Source of the DNA: Candidatus Saccharibacteria bacterium QS_5_54_17
GTDB taxonomy: Bacteria > Patescibacteriota > Saccharimonadia > QS-5-54-17
Direction of reading: 5' to 3'
NCBI GenBank assembly: GCA_003022365.1
Contig: PXOU01000013.1
Span: 1-61,292 of the forward strand
Length of the DNA stretch: 61,292 bases
Part shown: positions 8,295 to 18,256 of the stretch, piece after piece
Layout of the letters: each line of letters begins with the position of its first letter
How positions within the stretch are numbered: the stretch's first letter is position 1
Position numbers and translations under genes: made by a program
The notes under the pieces: model-generated
What the model was told of the DNA's origin: nothing
Seen by the model: only the letters and a program-made list of their open reading frames with translations
Databases searched by the model: none

Positions 8295-10019
8295 ATGGAC
8301 CCCGTGGAGGAAGTCAAAGCGCGACTGGGTATCGATGAAGTAGTGGGCGGTTATGTCCAACTCAAGCAGGCCGGCCGCAACTTGAAGGGAATATGCCCGT
8401 TCCATGCCGAGAAAACCCCCAGTTTTATGGTTAGCACCGAAAAAGGGATTTATCACTGTTTCGGCTGCGGCGAAGGCGGGGACGTATTCAGTTTTGTGGA
8501 AAAAATGGACGGGTTGGAATTCCGCGAGGCCTTGCAACGTTTGGCCGGGAAAGCCAACGTGGAGCTACCGCAATACCAGAGTGGGGGACAGCAACAGAAA
8601 GAGCATAAAAAGCGGCTTTATGAAGCGCTTTCAACGGCAGCTCAGTATTATCATGTCCAGTTGGGACGCTCAGACAAAGCCAAAGCCTATGTAACCGAAG
8701 AACGTCAGATGACTCCCGAAACCATCAAGGACTTTCAGATCGGCTACGCTCCCGGGGGCAATCGTCGGCTCATCCAGTTCTTAGGAAAGCACGGCTTCAG
8801 CCAACAGGAACTACTGGACGCGGGTCTGGCCCGGAAACGCGGCCGATCGTTGCAGGATGTCTTCCGCCGGCGCATTATGGTGCCGTTTTTTGACAACAGC
8901 GGCAGTGTCATTGGTTTTACCGGCCGCCTACTGGATGATGGCGTCCCCAAATACCTGAATACTCCCCAGACGCCGCTATTCGATAAAAGCCGGTTCATAT
9001 TCGGCCTTTACCAAGCCAAAGAACACATCCGCGCCAACGGCCAAGCGATCGTGGTAGAAGGTAATCTGGACGTGGTCCGTTCCCACCAGGCCGGCATCCG
9101 GAACGTGGTGGCCATCAGCGGCACCGCCATTACCCGCCAGCAACTAAAACAACTGGCCCGGTTCGCCAATACCGTCACACTTGCCTTCGATGCCGACAGC
9201 GCCGGTGCCAGCGCCACCGAGCGGGCGCTGCCGCTGGCCCAGGAAGCGGGGGTGGCGCTGTACATCGCCGGTTTACCTCCCGAAACCGATCCGGATGATG
9301 TCATCCGCCGGGATCCGGAGGAATGGCAGCGGATCATCGATAATCAAACCTATGTCATGGATTGGCTGCTGCAGATTTTACCCGCCATGTATGATGCCAA
9401 CAGTGCCCGTGGCAAAAAGGAATTGACCGACCACGCGGCCTCCGTACTCCGACGGCTGGAAGATCCGGTGGAGCAAGAGCATTACGTCAACCAACTGGCC
9501 GACTTAGTGGGAACTGCCCCCGCCACCATTGCCCAAAAAGTCGCCAGCGGCACCTCAAAACCCCGGCAACCAGCACCAACGGACCCCGAGAAAGAATCAG
9601 CGCCGGCGGCTGACGAAGTGGAAACGGTGGCCGAGGCGGTCCTGAGTATGGCCGCGGTCTATCCGGATGTTCGCGGCGCGCTGGCCGAAGCCGCCGTGGA
9701 GCGTTTGCCCGAGCAGATGCAGACGGCGGCCGCCTATTTACAAAGCCATGAGGAGGAGCTGGATGCCGATAACTTGCCGAGGGAGTTGCATCAGGTTGAA
9801 AATTATGTGAAAATTCTACTATTGCGAGGCGAAGAGGAGTACGGATCGTGGGCCACGCTTGATCGGCAAGTTGAAGCGTTCAGCCTGATCCACCGCCTGG
9901 ATGAACTGCAAACCAAACGATACAAACACCATCTGAGTCAGCAAATCGCCGCTGCCGAAGCGGCGGGGGATTACGACTCGCGAAAAAAATTACTCACCGA
10001 GTTTCAACAACTTAATTAA
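8295..10019 (+). CDS. dnaG: DNA primase
   Basis: Zinc ribbon [13 protein letters not shown]...[16 protein letters not shown] and a Toprim region (IVVEGNLDV...AFDADSAG). I take the start at ATG 8295, after GGAGGG. Confidence 0.9.
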   Translation: MDPVEEVKARLGIDEVVGGYVQLKQAGRNLKGICPFHAEKTPSFMVSTEKGIYHCFGCGEGGDVFSFVEKMDGLEFREALQRLAGKANVELPQYQSGGQQQKEHKKRLYEALSTAAQYYHVQLGRSDKAKAYVTEERQMTPETIKDFQIGYAPGGNRRLIQFLGKHGFSQQELLDAGLARKRGRSLQDVFRRRIMVPFFDNSGSVIGFTGRLLDDGVPKYLNTPQTPLFDKSRFIFGLYQAKEHIRANGQAIVVEGNLDVVRSHQAGIRNVVAISGTAITRQQLKQLARFANTVTLAFDADSAGASATERALPLAQEAGVALYIAGLPPETDPDDVIRRDPEEWQRIIDNQTYVMDWLLQILPAMYDANSARGKKELTDHAASVLRRLEDPVEQEHYVNQLADLVGTAPATIAQKVASGTSKPRQPAPTDPEKESAPAADEVETVAEAVLSMAAVYPDVRGALAEAAVERLPEQMQTAAAYLQSHEEELDADNLPRELHQVENYVKILLLRGEEEYGSWATLDRQVEAFSLIHRLDELQTKRYKHHLSQQIAAAEAAGDYDSRKKLLTEFQQLN

Positions 10020-10033
10020 TAAGGAGGTGTGTT

Positions 10034-11116
10034 TTGGTGGATCAACCCGACAGTGAGCTGGACACGACCGAGATTGCCAATCAGCTGTTAAAGAAAGGCC
10101 AAAGCCAGGGATATATTGATTACAACGAAATCAATGAAGCGATCCCTGAGACGGAAGCCAACCTGGAATCGCTGGATCAGCTCCATGCTGACTTGATCGA
10201 TACCGGCGTGGAAATCATTAACAAGAAAGGTTCTTCCTGGGAAGAAGCCGACGAGGAGCTGCTGGAAGATCAAACGTTGGATGATATCTCTGATGACTCG
10301 GTCCGCTTGTATTTACGGGAAATCGGCAAAATTCCGCTTTTGACAGCCGAGGAAGAGATCGAATTGGCCAATCGGGTCCGAGAAGGCGACAAGGACGCCA
10401 AGGACAAAATGGCCGAGGCCAATATGCGGTTGGTGGTTTCCATCGCCAAAAAGTATGTCGGCCGGGGGCTGGACTTGCTTGATTTGGTGCAGGAAGGGAA
10501 TACCGGGTTGCTGCGGGCGGTCGAGAAATTCGACCCCGAACGCGGGTTTAAATTCTCCACCTACGCCACATGGTGGATCCGGCAGGCCATTACCCGGGCC
10601 ATCGCCGACCAATCCCGAACCATCCGCATTCCGGTCCATATGTTCGAAACCATCAACAAAATGCTCCGTACCCAGCGGCGGCTGACTCAGGATCTGGGCC
10701 GGGAGCCCAGCAACGAGGAAATCGCCCGGGAGATGGAAATGGAGGTGGACAAGATCGACCATATCCAGAAAATCAGGCAGGAAATCTCTTCGCTGGACGC
10801 CCCGGTCCGGGACGAGGAAGAGGATTCCAAGTTGGGTGATTTCATCGAAGACGAAGATTCGGCCACCCCGGAAGAAGCGGCCACCACCCAGTTGTTGAAA
10901 GAACATGTCAATGAAATGCTGGACATCCTCTCACCCCGGGAGCAGAAGATTCTGATGATGCGTTTCGGCTTGGAAGACGGCCGCGGCCGTACCTTGGAAG
11001 AAGTCGGCCGGGAATTCGGCGTCACCCGCGAACGCATCCGGCAGATCGAAGCCAAGGCCCTGGCCAAACTGCGCAAAAATCGGGAAAGCAAACCCCTCAA
11101 AGACTATTTGGAGTAA
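10034..11116 (+). CDS. rpoD: Primary RNA polymerase sigma factor
   Basis: Acidic region 1, then [46 protein letters not shown], and region 4 [23 protein letters not shown] start follows AAGGAGG. Confidence 0.9.
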   Translation: MVDQPDSELDTTEIANQLLKKGQSQGYIDYNEINEAIPETEANLESLDQLHADLIDTGVEIINKKGSSWEEADEELLEDQTLDDISDDSVRLYLREIGKIPLLTAEEEIELANRVREGDKDAKDKMAEANMRLVVSIAKKYVGRGLDLLDLVQEGNTGLLRAVEKFDPERGFKFSTYATWWIRQAITRAIADQSRTIRIPVHMFETINKMLRTQRRLTQDLGREPSNEEIAREMEMEVDKIDHIQKIRQEISSLDAPVRDEEEDSKLGDFIEDEDSATPEEAATTQLLKEHVNEMLDILSPREQKILMMRFGLEDGRGRTLEEVGREFGVTRERIRQIEAKALAKLRKNRESKPLKDYLE

Positions 11117-11210
11117 GTTTTGCGTTCGGGGTGGGGGTGTATTCGAGGCATCAGAGTGCTCCAATAATATGCGCAATGTGAACAGCGGTGGGGTAGAATA
11201 GGAGGCGATT

Positions 11211-12266
11211 ATGGCAGAGAAATTTCCCACAACTGAGGAAACCCCAACAGAAGACATCCCTGAGGCAACCCCTGAGTCGGCTCCTGAGGTAACCATTCCC
11301 GCTTATGAGACTCATCAGGCGAGGGCGGGTGAACCTATACCCGACGACTTACTCGATGTGTATTTTCAGCAAGTGGGGCAACGGGAGATGCTCGAGCCGG
11401 AAGAGGAGGTACATCTTGCCAAGTGCATCGCCCGGGGGAATGAAGCAGAAAGCATACTGGAAGGCTCCCACCCGGAAGATGGGCATGTTTTTCTGGACTC
11501 CGAGCCCCAGGATGCCGAGCAACTGCAACAGATGGTCGAGGAAGGCCGCTCAGCCTTCCAGACCTTCGTGGAAGCCAACTTGCGACTGGTGATTACCTTG
11601 GCCGCCGAATATAGCCGGAAATATAACTCGGCCGAATTTGAGGTGTTAGTCCAGGAGGGCAACATCGGGTTGCTGCGGGCGGTGGAGAAATTCGACCCGG
11701 AGCGCGGATTTAAATTTTCCACCTACGCTGCGTGGTGGATCAATCGGGAAATCCGGCGGTCCCTACCGGAACAGGATACGATCCACCTGTCGCAAAACCT
11801 TTACGGGGACTTAAAACGGTTGCACGCTTCTTATGAGCGGCTTGCCGCCGGGACCGATCGTGAGCCCACCACGCCTGAGTTGGCGGAGGCGGCCAATCTA
11901 ACCCAGGACAGGGTGTCCAAACTCCTCTCCTATACCCCTCCCCGGACCTATTCTTTGCATAAACCCCTGGGGGAAGATGAAGACGGTGAACTGGGAGATA
12001 AAGTGGCGGTCGCCGACGACGACCCCGAGCGGGAAGTAATGGCCCAGGCCGAGGTCGAGTGGGTGCAGCAATTGCTTTCGGCCAGCGACCGCATTAGTGA
12101 AGACGGCAAAGGAATGCTGCGGCTGCGGTACGGATTGCATGGAGGCGAACCCGAGACATTATCAGACATCAGCCGCCGTTACGGGGTAAGCAGGGATCGG
12201 GCGCGCCACCTGGTGAACAAAACGCGAGCCGCGTTACGTAGGGCGATCGAAGATATGGAAGGGTAG
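11211..12266 (+). CDS. Second sigma-70 family sigma factor
   Basis: [35 protein letters not shown] (region 2) and TLSDISRRYGVSRDRARHLVNK (region 4.2). The N-terminus and region 3 are divergent. Confidence 0.8.
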   Translation: MAEKFPTTEETPTEDIPEATPESAPEVTIPAYETHQARAGEPIPDDLLDVYFQQVGQREMLEPEEEVHLAKCIARGNEAESILEGSHPEDGHVFLDSEPQDAEQLQQMVEEGRSAFQTFVEANLRLVITLAAEYSRKYNSAEFEVLVQEGNIGLLRAVEKFDPERGFKFSTYAAWWINREIRRSLPEQDTIHLSQNLYGDLKRLHASYERLAAGTDREPTTPELAEAANLTQDRVSKLLSYTPPRTYSLHKPLGEDEDGELGDKVAVADDDPEREVMAQAEVEWVQQLLSASDRISEDGKGMLRLRYGLHGGEPETLSDISRRYGVSRDRARHLVNKTRAALRRAIEDMEG

Positions 12267-12282
12267 CCTCCGCCTCCCGGAA

Positions 12283-12612
12283 CTTAATGTGATAGAAACG
12301 TATTAAACCCGCTTTGTCACTGCCAAGACGTTATCCCGGACCCCGCCCGCACTGAGCAAGGTCGAAGTGATCCGGGATCAGTTTCGGAATCGTTTGGATC
12401 CTGAAATAAATTCAGGATGACAATTTTGCAGGAAGACCTCCGACCCCCTCCGTCATTCCGAATTTAGTTCGGAATCGTTTCTGCAATAGATCCTGAAACA
12501 AGCCTGCCTGTCGGCAGACAGGTTCAGGATGACAGGTTCAGAGCTTGTTGCTTCTCACTCCCTGTATGCTGTCTACTGTCTGCTGACTGCGTGTTGCTCT
12601 GCCGGGAGACGA
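12283..12612. repeat. Mosaic hairpin-repeat cluster 4
   Basis: The start module at 12283 lies 17 nt after the stop at 12266. Hairpin modules include ATTCCGAA/TTCGGAAT at 12455-12475. The end module is at 12547-12612. Confidence 0.85.
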
Positions 12613-12717
12613 GACGCCGGAATGGTAGCGGACGTCGATGTCTTGTATACTCACCCAAGAAGCACCTGATGCTCTCGGGGCTGTTTTTTAGCCAATGGCA
12701 AGGTTTGAGGAGTTACG

Positions 12718-15279
12718 ATGAAGAGGCCGGAAACCCTGGTAGTGATCGACGGCAAATCCGTGCTATACCGGGGCTATTACGCCATGGGCGATCTGGCAAC
12801 TGCCGATGGCCGTCCCACTGGGGCCACCTACGGGTTCGCCATGATGGGGTTGCGAATCTTGCAGGAATTTAATCCCGATTACGTGGCGGTCGCCTGGGAT
12901 AAAAGCAAGACCAATATCCGGGCCCGGCGGGAGTTATATGCCCAGTATAAGGCCAACCGGAAGCCGATGCCCGAGGACTTGCGGGAGCAAATCCCCGATG
13001 TCCGCCGGGTATGCCGGGCGTTCGGCTGGCCGTTGCTGGAAGTGGATGACTATGAAGCCGATGACATCATGGGGAGTCTGGCGGTCCAGGCCAAGCAAAA
13101 AGACATCGACAGCGTGCTGGTAACCGGCGATCTGGATGTATTGCAGCTGGTGAACCACCACACCCAGGTGTGCCTCCTCAAGCGCGGGGTAACCCAAACC
13201 ATCACCTATAACCAAAATAGTTTCCAGGAGGCTTACCGCATGACGCCGGAACAGTTCACTGACTACAAAGCGCTTATGGGGGACCCCAGCGATAATATCC
13301 CCGGTGTCAGCGGCGTGGGCGAGAAGACCGCCCGGAATTTGATTGCCGAGTACGGCAGTTTGGACGGGGTATACCAACACCTGGATGATATCGGCGGCGC
13401 AACTGCCAAAAAATTGGCAACCAATCGGGATATGGCCTTCCTGAGCCGGCAGTTGATCGAACTCCATCTGGACGCACCGGTCGCCTTCGACGACGTGGCC
13501 GCTGACGCGGGCGGGGCTGACCCGGAAGCCGTGGACGCCTTGTTCGAGGAACTGAATTTTCACCGCCTCCGTTCGGAATTGCCGGCGCCCATGCAACCGG
13601 CAAAGACACCATCTTACAAAGCGGAAGACAGCCCAAGTGCCGATGAGCAGCAGCATATCGCGGTGTATCGGGACCGGAATCCGGATTTTGCCGGCGACCA
13701 GGCGGTGGTATTTACCTTGGAGGATTACGCACTTCTCAGCGTCGGTGAGGACGCATGTTACCTGCTGCCCCGGGCTGATATCCCCGATACCGTCTCCATC
13801 ATCGGCTACCACGCCAAAGAAGATTTAAAAAAATTACCCGCCGGGGCAAGTGTGGAGTTCGACGTTATGATCGCCGCCTTTTTGCTGAACCCGCTGTTGC
13901 GGCAGCAGGAATTATCCGCGCTGGCTAAACAGGAGCTGGGCATCAGTATGGACGAACCCGGGCGCCGGGATGATATGACCGATGAAACTGCCCGGCTGCT
14001 TACCTACGTGCTCCGGGGGTTGTATAACCGCTACCGGCAGCAGTTGGAAGAATTCCCCCGGATACACTCGGTGGCCACGGACATTGAGTGGCCCCTGCTC
14101 CCGGTCCTGGCCCGTATGGAAGAGTATGGTATGAAACTGGATGTCGGCTATTTAGCGGCGATGAGCCGGGATTTCGCTGAGCGCCTGGGCGATCTGGAAA
14201 CCCAAATTTATGAGCAGGCGGGCGAGGAGTTTAACATCAACTCGCCCCAGCAACTGCAGACCGTGCTGTTTGAGACCTTGCAGTTGCCCACCGATAACAT
14301 CAAACGGACTCAAACCGGCTATTCCACCGGCGCGGCCGAGCTGGAGAAACTCCGGGACCTACACCCCATCATTGAGCTGATCTTTCGCCACCGGGAGTTA
14401 ACCAAACTCAAAAACACCTACATCGATGCCCTGCCCGAACAGGTCGACTCCCGTAACCGCCTGCACACCACCTTTACCCAAACCGTGACCCAGACCGGCC
14501 GCCTCTCCAGTCTGGAGCCCAACCTCCAGAATATCCCCGTCCGCAGCGAGGAAGGCAAGGCGATTCGCCGGGCATTCATCGCTGAAGAAGGCAACCTGCT
14601 ATTGCAGGCGGATTATTCGCAGTTCGAATTACGACTGGCAGCCGCTTTGTCGGGAGATAAGGCCATGATCGATTCCTTTAACAGCGGTGTGGATATCCAT
14701 ACCCAGACCGCGGCCGAACTTTATGGGGTCGAGTTGGATGAGGTGACCAAACAGCAGCGATATAACGCCAAAACGGTCAATTTCGGGGTCATGTACGGCA
14801 TGAGTCCGCATGGGTTACACGTGGCGACCGGTATGAGTCGGGAAGACGCTAAAGCCTTCATTGACCAGTACTTTCAGCTGCGATCGGGATTGCTGGAATA
14901 CCTGGATGCTTTGAAAACCCAGGCCAAACAAGACGGCTACGTGGAGACCTGGTTCGGCCGCCGCCGTCCCATGCCCGATATTCACTCCAGCAACTTTGCG
15001 GTCCGGTCGGCTGCCGAACGGGCGGCCATCAACATGCCCATCCAGGGCACGGAAGCCGATCTGATGAAACTGGCCATGATCGAAGCTGACAAAGCACTGG
15101 AACCCGAGTGCCGGCAAATCCTGCAGATCCATGACTCGATTTTGGTCGAGTGCCCCCAAGATTGGGCTGAACAGGCGACTTCCGCTCTCAAAAGCAGCAT
15201 GGAACGTATCGCGCCCCAGGATCTGCCGCTGAGCCTGGAAGTGGAGACGTCATCGGGGAAACACTGGGGTGAGTTGTGA
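12718..15279 (+). CDS. polA: DNA polymerase I
   Basis: 853 aa with an N-terminal 5'-nuclease (VIDGKSVLYRGYYA, GDPSDNIPGV). The polymerase motifs are DYSQFELRLAA, KTVNFGVMYG and QIHDSILVE. Confidence 0.95.
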   Translation: MKRPETLVVIDGKSVLYRGYYAMGDLATADGRPTGATYGFAMMGLRILQEFNPDYVAVAWDKSKTNIRARRELYAQYKANRKPMPEDLREQIPDVRRVCRAFGWPLLEVDDYEADDIMGSLAVQAKQKDIDSVLVTGDLDVLQLVNHHTQVCLLKRGVTQTITYNQNSFQEAYRMTPEQFTDYKALMGDPSDNIPGVSGVGEKTARNLIAEYGSLDGVYQHLDDIGGATAKKLATNRDMAFLSRQLIELHLDAPVAFDDVAADAGGADPEAVDALFEELNFHRLRSELPAPMQPAKTPSYKAEDSPSADEQQHIAVYRDRNPDFAGDQAVVFTLEDYALLSVGEDACYLLPRADIPDTVSIIGYHAKEDLKKLPAGASVEFDVMIAAFLLNPLLRQQELSALAKQELGISMDEPGRRDDMTDETARLLTYVLRGLYNRYRQQLEEFPRIHSVATDIEWPLLPVLARMEEYGMKLDVGYLAAMSRDFAERLGDLETQIYEQAGEEFNINSPQQLQTVLFETLQLPTDNIKRTQTGYSTGAAELEKLRDLHPIIELIFRHRELTKLKNTYIDALPEQVDSRNRLHTTFTQTVTQTGRLSSLEPNLQNIPVRSEEGKAIRRAFIAEEGNLLLQADYSQFELRLAAALSGDKAMIDSFNSGVDIHTQTAAELYGVELDEVTKQQRYNAKTVNFGVMYGMSPHGLHVATGMSREDAKAFIDQYFQLRSGLLEYLDALKTQAKQDGYVETWFGRRRPMPDIHSSNFAVRSAAERAAINMPIQGTEADLMKLAMIEADKALEPECRQILQIHDSILVECPQDWAEQATSALKSSMERIAPQDLPLSLEVETSSGKHWGEL

Positions 15280-15308
15280 AGCTGTCACGCTCCTGATGGC
15301 GAACCATC

Positions 15309-15317
15309 TGCTATAAT
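15309..15317 (+). promoter_or_regulatory. Extended -10 element upstream of the dsbB-like gene
   Basis: TGCTATAAT matches TGnTATAAT, and the ATG at 15328 lies 10 nt downstream. This implies a very short or absent leader. Confidence 0.45.
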
Positions 15318-15327
15318 CCGGACTGTT

Positions 15328-15765
15328 ATGGATGGCATAAAAACACATCTCCGGTCGGAATTATTCTGGCTCCAAGCCGTTTTTCTGGTGTCATTGGCGG
15401 CCACCCTGGCCAGTCTGGGATTAAGCGAAGTGCTGGGGCTGCCGCCGTGTGAGTTATGCTGGTACCAGCGCATTCTGATGTATCCGTTGCCCTTCATATT
15501 CGGCGCGGCGCTGGCCCAAAAGCAATATGACGTATTCTGGTATGCGTTCCCCATGGTGCTGATCGGCATGGGTCTGGCGGCTTACCACTACGCCATCCAG
15601 ATGTCCGCCTTCGCGGCCAACAGTTGTAGCCCTGATCTGGTTGCCTGCACCACCCGTCAAATCGCTTATTTCGGCTTTATGACCATACCCTTGGGTTCCT
15701 TACTGGCCTTCTCGGCTATCGCCGTCATGCTGCTGGTGCTGCGAGCTCGCCACAAAGAGGCATAA
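15328..15765 (+). CDS. Disulfide bond formation protein (DsbB/BdbC family)
   Basis: 145 aa with four TM segments. CELCWYQRILMYPL is the characteristic BdbC-type CxxC region. Confidence 0.7.
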   Translation: MDGIKTHLRSELFWLQAVFLVSLAATLASLGLSEVLGLPPCELCWYQRILMYPLPFIFGAALAQKQYDVFWYAFPMVLIGMGLAAYHYAIQMSAFAANSCSPDLVACTTRQIAYFGFMTIPLGSLLAFSAIAVMLLVLRARHKEA

Positions 15766-15952
15766 GCGTTTTACTGTAGTCTCATAAACAACAGCGGGCA
15801 TTTCATGTTGCCCATATATCTACAGTTTCGGCAGTGACGTGTGTCACCTCCCCAAATTTTTGTGGTGTCTATTCAGGGGCAGCTGAAAGGGATAAAATGC
15901 GCCCCGTGGAGCCGTTCGCGTGGGTAATTGTGAGGGAGATTACCAAAAAAGC

Positions 15953-15980
15953 TTGACTTCTATGGTGTGGGGTGTAGGAT
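15953..15980 (+). promoter_or_regulatory. Candidate promoter for a long leader ahead of the LysM-Rpf gene
   Basis: TTGACT (15953-15958), a 16-nt spacer, then TAGGAT (15975-15980). No credible ORF lies between here and 16334. Confidence 0.4.
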
Positions 15981-16048
15981 AGCTTTTGTGTTTTTGGCGC
16001 CTCCGGGGCCAGAGACAGGTGAGGAAACGGTGCACTATATGGGAATAT

Positions 16049-16168
16049 GTCACTGCCGAAATGCATTCAGGACAGGCTTTGATTCCGATCCAATTGTCAT
16101 CCTGAAGACGTCATCCTGAACTTGTTTCAGGATCGGTTTCAGGATCTATTCCAGCAAATGTCATTCTC
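16049..16168. repeat. Mosaic hairpin-repeat cluster 5 (short)
   Basis: GTCACTGCCGAA..., TGTCATCCTGAAGACGTCATCCTGAACTTGTTTCAGGATCGGTTTCAGGATC. These modules are shared with the other clusters. Confidence 0.8.
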
Positions 16169-16201
16169 ATCGACGTTAAAAATTGACTTCGCCTCAAAAA
16201 C

Positions 16202-16327
16202 AGGCACCTGAAACGGCGGTTATAGCTTCGGGCTTCCCATGCCTCGATGTCATTTACCTAAAAAACATCGAGCCGTTTCAGGTGCCTCCCCAGAAGTATG
16301 TAAGGCGTGGAGGCATAAAAAAGGAGG
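16202..16327 (+). promoter_or_regulatory. Structured 5' leader with alternative pairings around an anti-SD-like CCTCC
   Basis: A perfect 16-bp stem pairs 16202-16217 with 16272-16287. The GTGCCTCC at 16283-16290 could instead pair with GGAGGCA (16309-16315), and its CCTCC part (16286-16290) with the SD AAGGAGG (16321-16327). Confidence 0.4.
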
Positions 16328-16333
16328 ATTACG

Positions 16334-16900
16334 ATGCGGTTATTCACTATAGGAGGGGGAGTTGTGTTGTTGCTGCTGGCGATGGCACTGACGCCCGTCC
16401 CCGCCCACGCGCAAAGCGCGTCAACTATCACCGTCCAGCGCGGTGATACACTGTCAGAAATCGCCGCCACCTACGGGACCTCGGTGGCGCGATTGGTAAA
16501 TGTCAATAACATCGCTAACCCTGACTTGATTTACCCAGGCCAGCGGCTGCGGGTAGGAGTTAGGGATCGCTCCCAACAGAGGTCGCGGACCAATCAGAGG
16601 TCTCAGGCTAATGTCTCGACTGTCTCGGCGACTGCCGCGTCCACGGCCATGTCCACGGCCAGCACCGGCGTGTGGGAACGCCTTGCCCAGTGCGAATCCA
16701 GCGGAAACTGGAGTATCAACACCGGCAACGGGTTCTACGGCGGTCTGCAATTCACCCTTTCCAGTTGGCGAGCGGTCGGCGGCACGGGCATGCCGCACCA
16801 CGCCAGCAAGGCTGAGCAAATCCGGCGAGCCAAGAAACTCCGGGCCATCCAGGGTTGGGGCGCGTGGCCGGCCTGCTCGGCGAAGCTTGGACTCCGCTAA
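16334..16900 (+). CDS. Secreted LysM + Rpf-type transglycosylase-like protein
   Basis: A signal peptide ends AHAQS. The LysM domain reads [17 protein letters not shown]...IYPGQRL. The Rpf core is [32 protein letters not shown]. Confidence 0.8.
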   Translation: MRLFTIGGGVVLLLLAMALTPVPAHAQSASTITVQRGDTLSEIAATYGTSVARLVNVNNIANPDLIYPGQRLRVGVRDRSQQRSRTNQRSQANVSTVSATAASTAMSTASTGVWERLAQCESSGNWSINTGNGFYGGLQFTLSSWRAVGGTGMPHHASKAEQIRRAKKLRAIQGWGAWPACSAKLGLR

Positions 16901-16945
16901 ACACCTGGAGTTGGGGGTAAGCGCTCCCGCTCCCCGAAAAAGATT

Positions 16946-16978
16946 CCGGGCGGCCGGGTTCCGGCCGCCCGGGGTTTT
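16946..16978 (+). terminator. Intrinsic terminator after the Rpf gene
   Basis: A 12-bp GC stem, CCGGGCGGCCGG/CCGGCCGCCCGG (16946-16972), is followed by GGTTTT. Confidence 0.7.
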
Positions 16979-17027
16979 CACGTTACTGCCGCGGAGGCGG
17001 GAATTTAACGCGGGAAAACATGAAAAC

Positions 17028-17206
17028 GATTCCGAAACAAGTTCGGAATGACGGAGAGGGGGTTCGCAGTGACAAAGAGGTTTTGCATTTTTCCACTTGC
17101 TTCTTACTTCCTGCTGCTTACTCCCTATTCTTTGTTCCCTGTCTACCGTCTACTGACTCCCACTTGCTGCTTACTTCTTACTTCTCACTCCTTGCTTCTT
17201 GTTCCC
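17028..17206. repeat. Mosaic hairpin-repeat cluster 6
   Basis: An ATTCCGAA/TTCGGAAT hairpin is followed by GTGACAAAGAGG and a long CT-rich tract. That tract includes the end-module core CCCTGTCTACCGTCT. Confidence 0.8.
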
Positions 17207-17277
17207 GCCGCCCGGCTGCACACCCGGCATGGATTGTGTCAAAATAGCCGGTGTCGCCTGACTAAGGAGAGATATTT

Positions 17278-18225
17278 GTGCCGGAACTGCCCGAAGTAGA
17301 GACCATCCGGAGCGGGTTAGCCGAGCTATTGCCCGGCCAACGGATCGCTGGAGTAGAGGTGCTGTTAAATAAGTCCCTGTCCGCTCCGGAATCCCATATC
17401 ACCACTCATATAGCGGGTGCTGGAGTCACCGATGTCAGGCGCCGGGGCAAAATCATGATAGTTGATCTCTCCAGCGGGTATAGCCTGCTGGTCCATTTGA
17501 AGATGACGGGGCAATTGGTGTTCGAGGCTGGCGGGCAACAACCAGCCAAGCCTGGAACCGGAACCAACGAGCCACACTCCTGCCCGAATCCAACATCCGA
17601 AACCGGGGACGGGAGACGTGTGGCCGGCGGTCATCCCACCCAAAGTATGGCGGGGGATTTACCGGATAAAACTACTCGGGTCATTTTTACCTTCCAGGAC
17701 GGCTCAAAACTGTTCTTCAACGACCAGCGCACCTTCGGCTGGATGAAACTGGTCGAGCGCTCGAAAGTCGAACGTGACAAATGTTTCATGGCCATGGGCG
17801 TGGAACCGCTGGGTTCCCAATTCGAGGTTTGTCACTTGAAATCTCGCCTCAAGCACCGGAAGGCGGCTATCAAGACGCTGTTGCTGGACCAGAGCCACGT
17901 GGCCGGTTTAGGTAATATTTACGCTGACGAGGCGTTGCACCTGGCCCAAGTACACCCCTCCCGGGAAGGACAGTCCCTCTCAGATGAAGAGATAGAACGG
18001 CTGCACGCGGCGATCATCAAAGTGTTAGGCGACAGCATTCAAGCCGGCGGCACCAGCTTCACCAGTTATGTGAACGCCAACGGCATTACCGGCGATTACT
18101 TACACAATGCCCGGGTCTACCGCCGCCAAGGTGAACCGTGTCGAGCGTGTGGGACAACAATAGACAAAATCAAGGTCGGCCAACGAGGCACGCACATCTG
18201 CCCCAATTGCCAGAAGTTAACATAA
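17278..18225 (+). CDS. mutM: Formamidopyrimidine-DNA glycosylase
   Basis: Starts MPELPEVETIR from a GTG after AAGGAGAG, and has a C-terminal zinc finger CRACGTTI...CPNCQ. A ~45-aa Gly/Pro/Thr insertion lies after HLKMTGQL. Confidence 0.85.
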   Translation: MPELPEVETIRSGLAELLPGQRIAGVEVLLNKSLSAPESHITTHIAGAGVTDVRRRGKIMIVDLSSGYSLLVHLKMTGQLVFEAGGQQPAKPGTGTNEPHSCPNPTSETGDGRRVAGGHPTQSMAGDLPDKTTRVIFTFQDGSKLFFNDQRTFGWMKLVERSKVERDKCFMAMGVEPLGSQFEVCHLKSRLKHRKAAIKTLLLDQSHVAGLGNIYADEALHLAQVHPSREGQSLSDEEIERLHAAIIKVLGDSIQAGGTSFTSYVNANGITGDYLHNARVYRRQGEPCRACGTTIDKIKVGQRGTHICPNCQKLT

Positions 18226-18256
18226 ACTTAAAGTAACTCTCGCTTCATGGAAGTAC

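Noticed and set aside
12934-13812. Long antisense ORFs inside large genes (12934-13812 in polA, 32178-32996 in ftsK, 44300-45130 and 46850-47653 in the giant gene, 6311-6982, 10313-10906)
   Set aside because: These are typical GC-rich antisense open frames. Each lies wholly inside a gene with clear family motifs and has no motifs of its own.
15869-16066. 65-aa minus-strand ORF in the dsbB-rpf spacer
   Set aside because: It has no SD and a biased Pro/Ser/His composition. It overlaps the candidate + strand promoter and runs into a repeat cluster.
15981-16333. ydaO-type c-di-AMP riboswitch in the Rpf leader
   Set aside because: The context (an Rpf/LysM gene) fits. However, I could not find the conserved ydaO sequence blocks or the pseudo-two-fold architecture by eye, so it is reported only as an unclassified structured leader.
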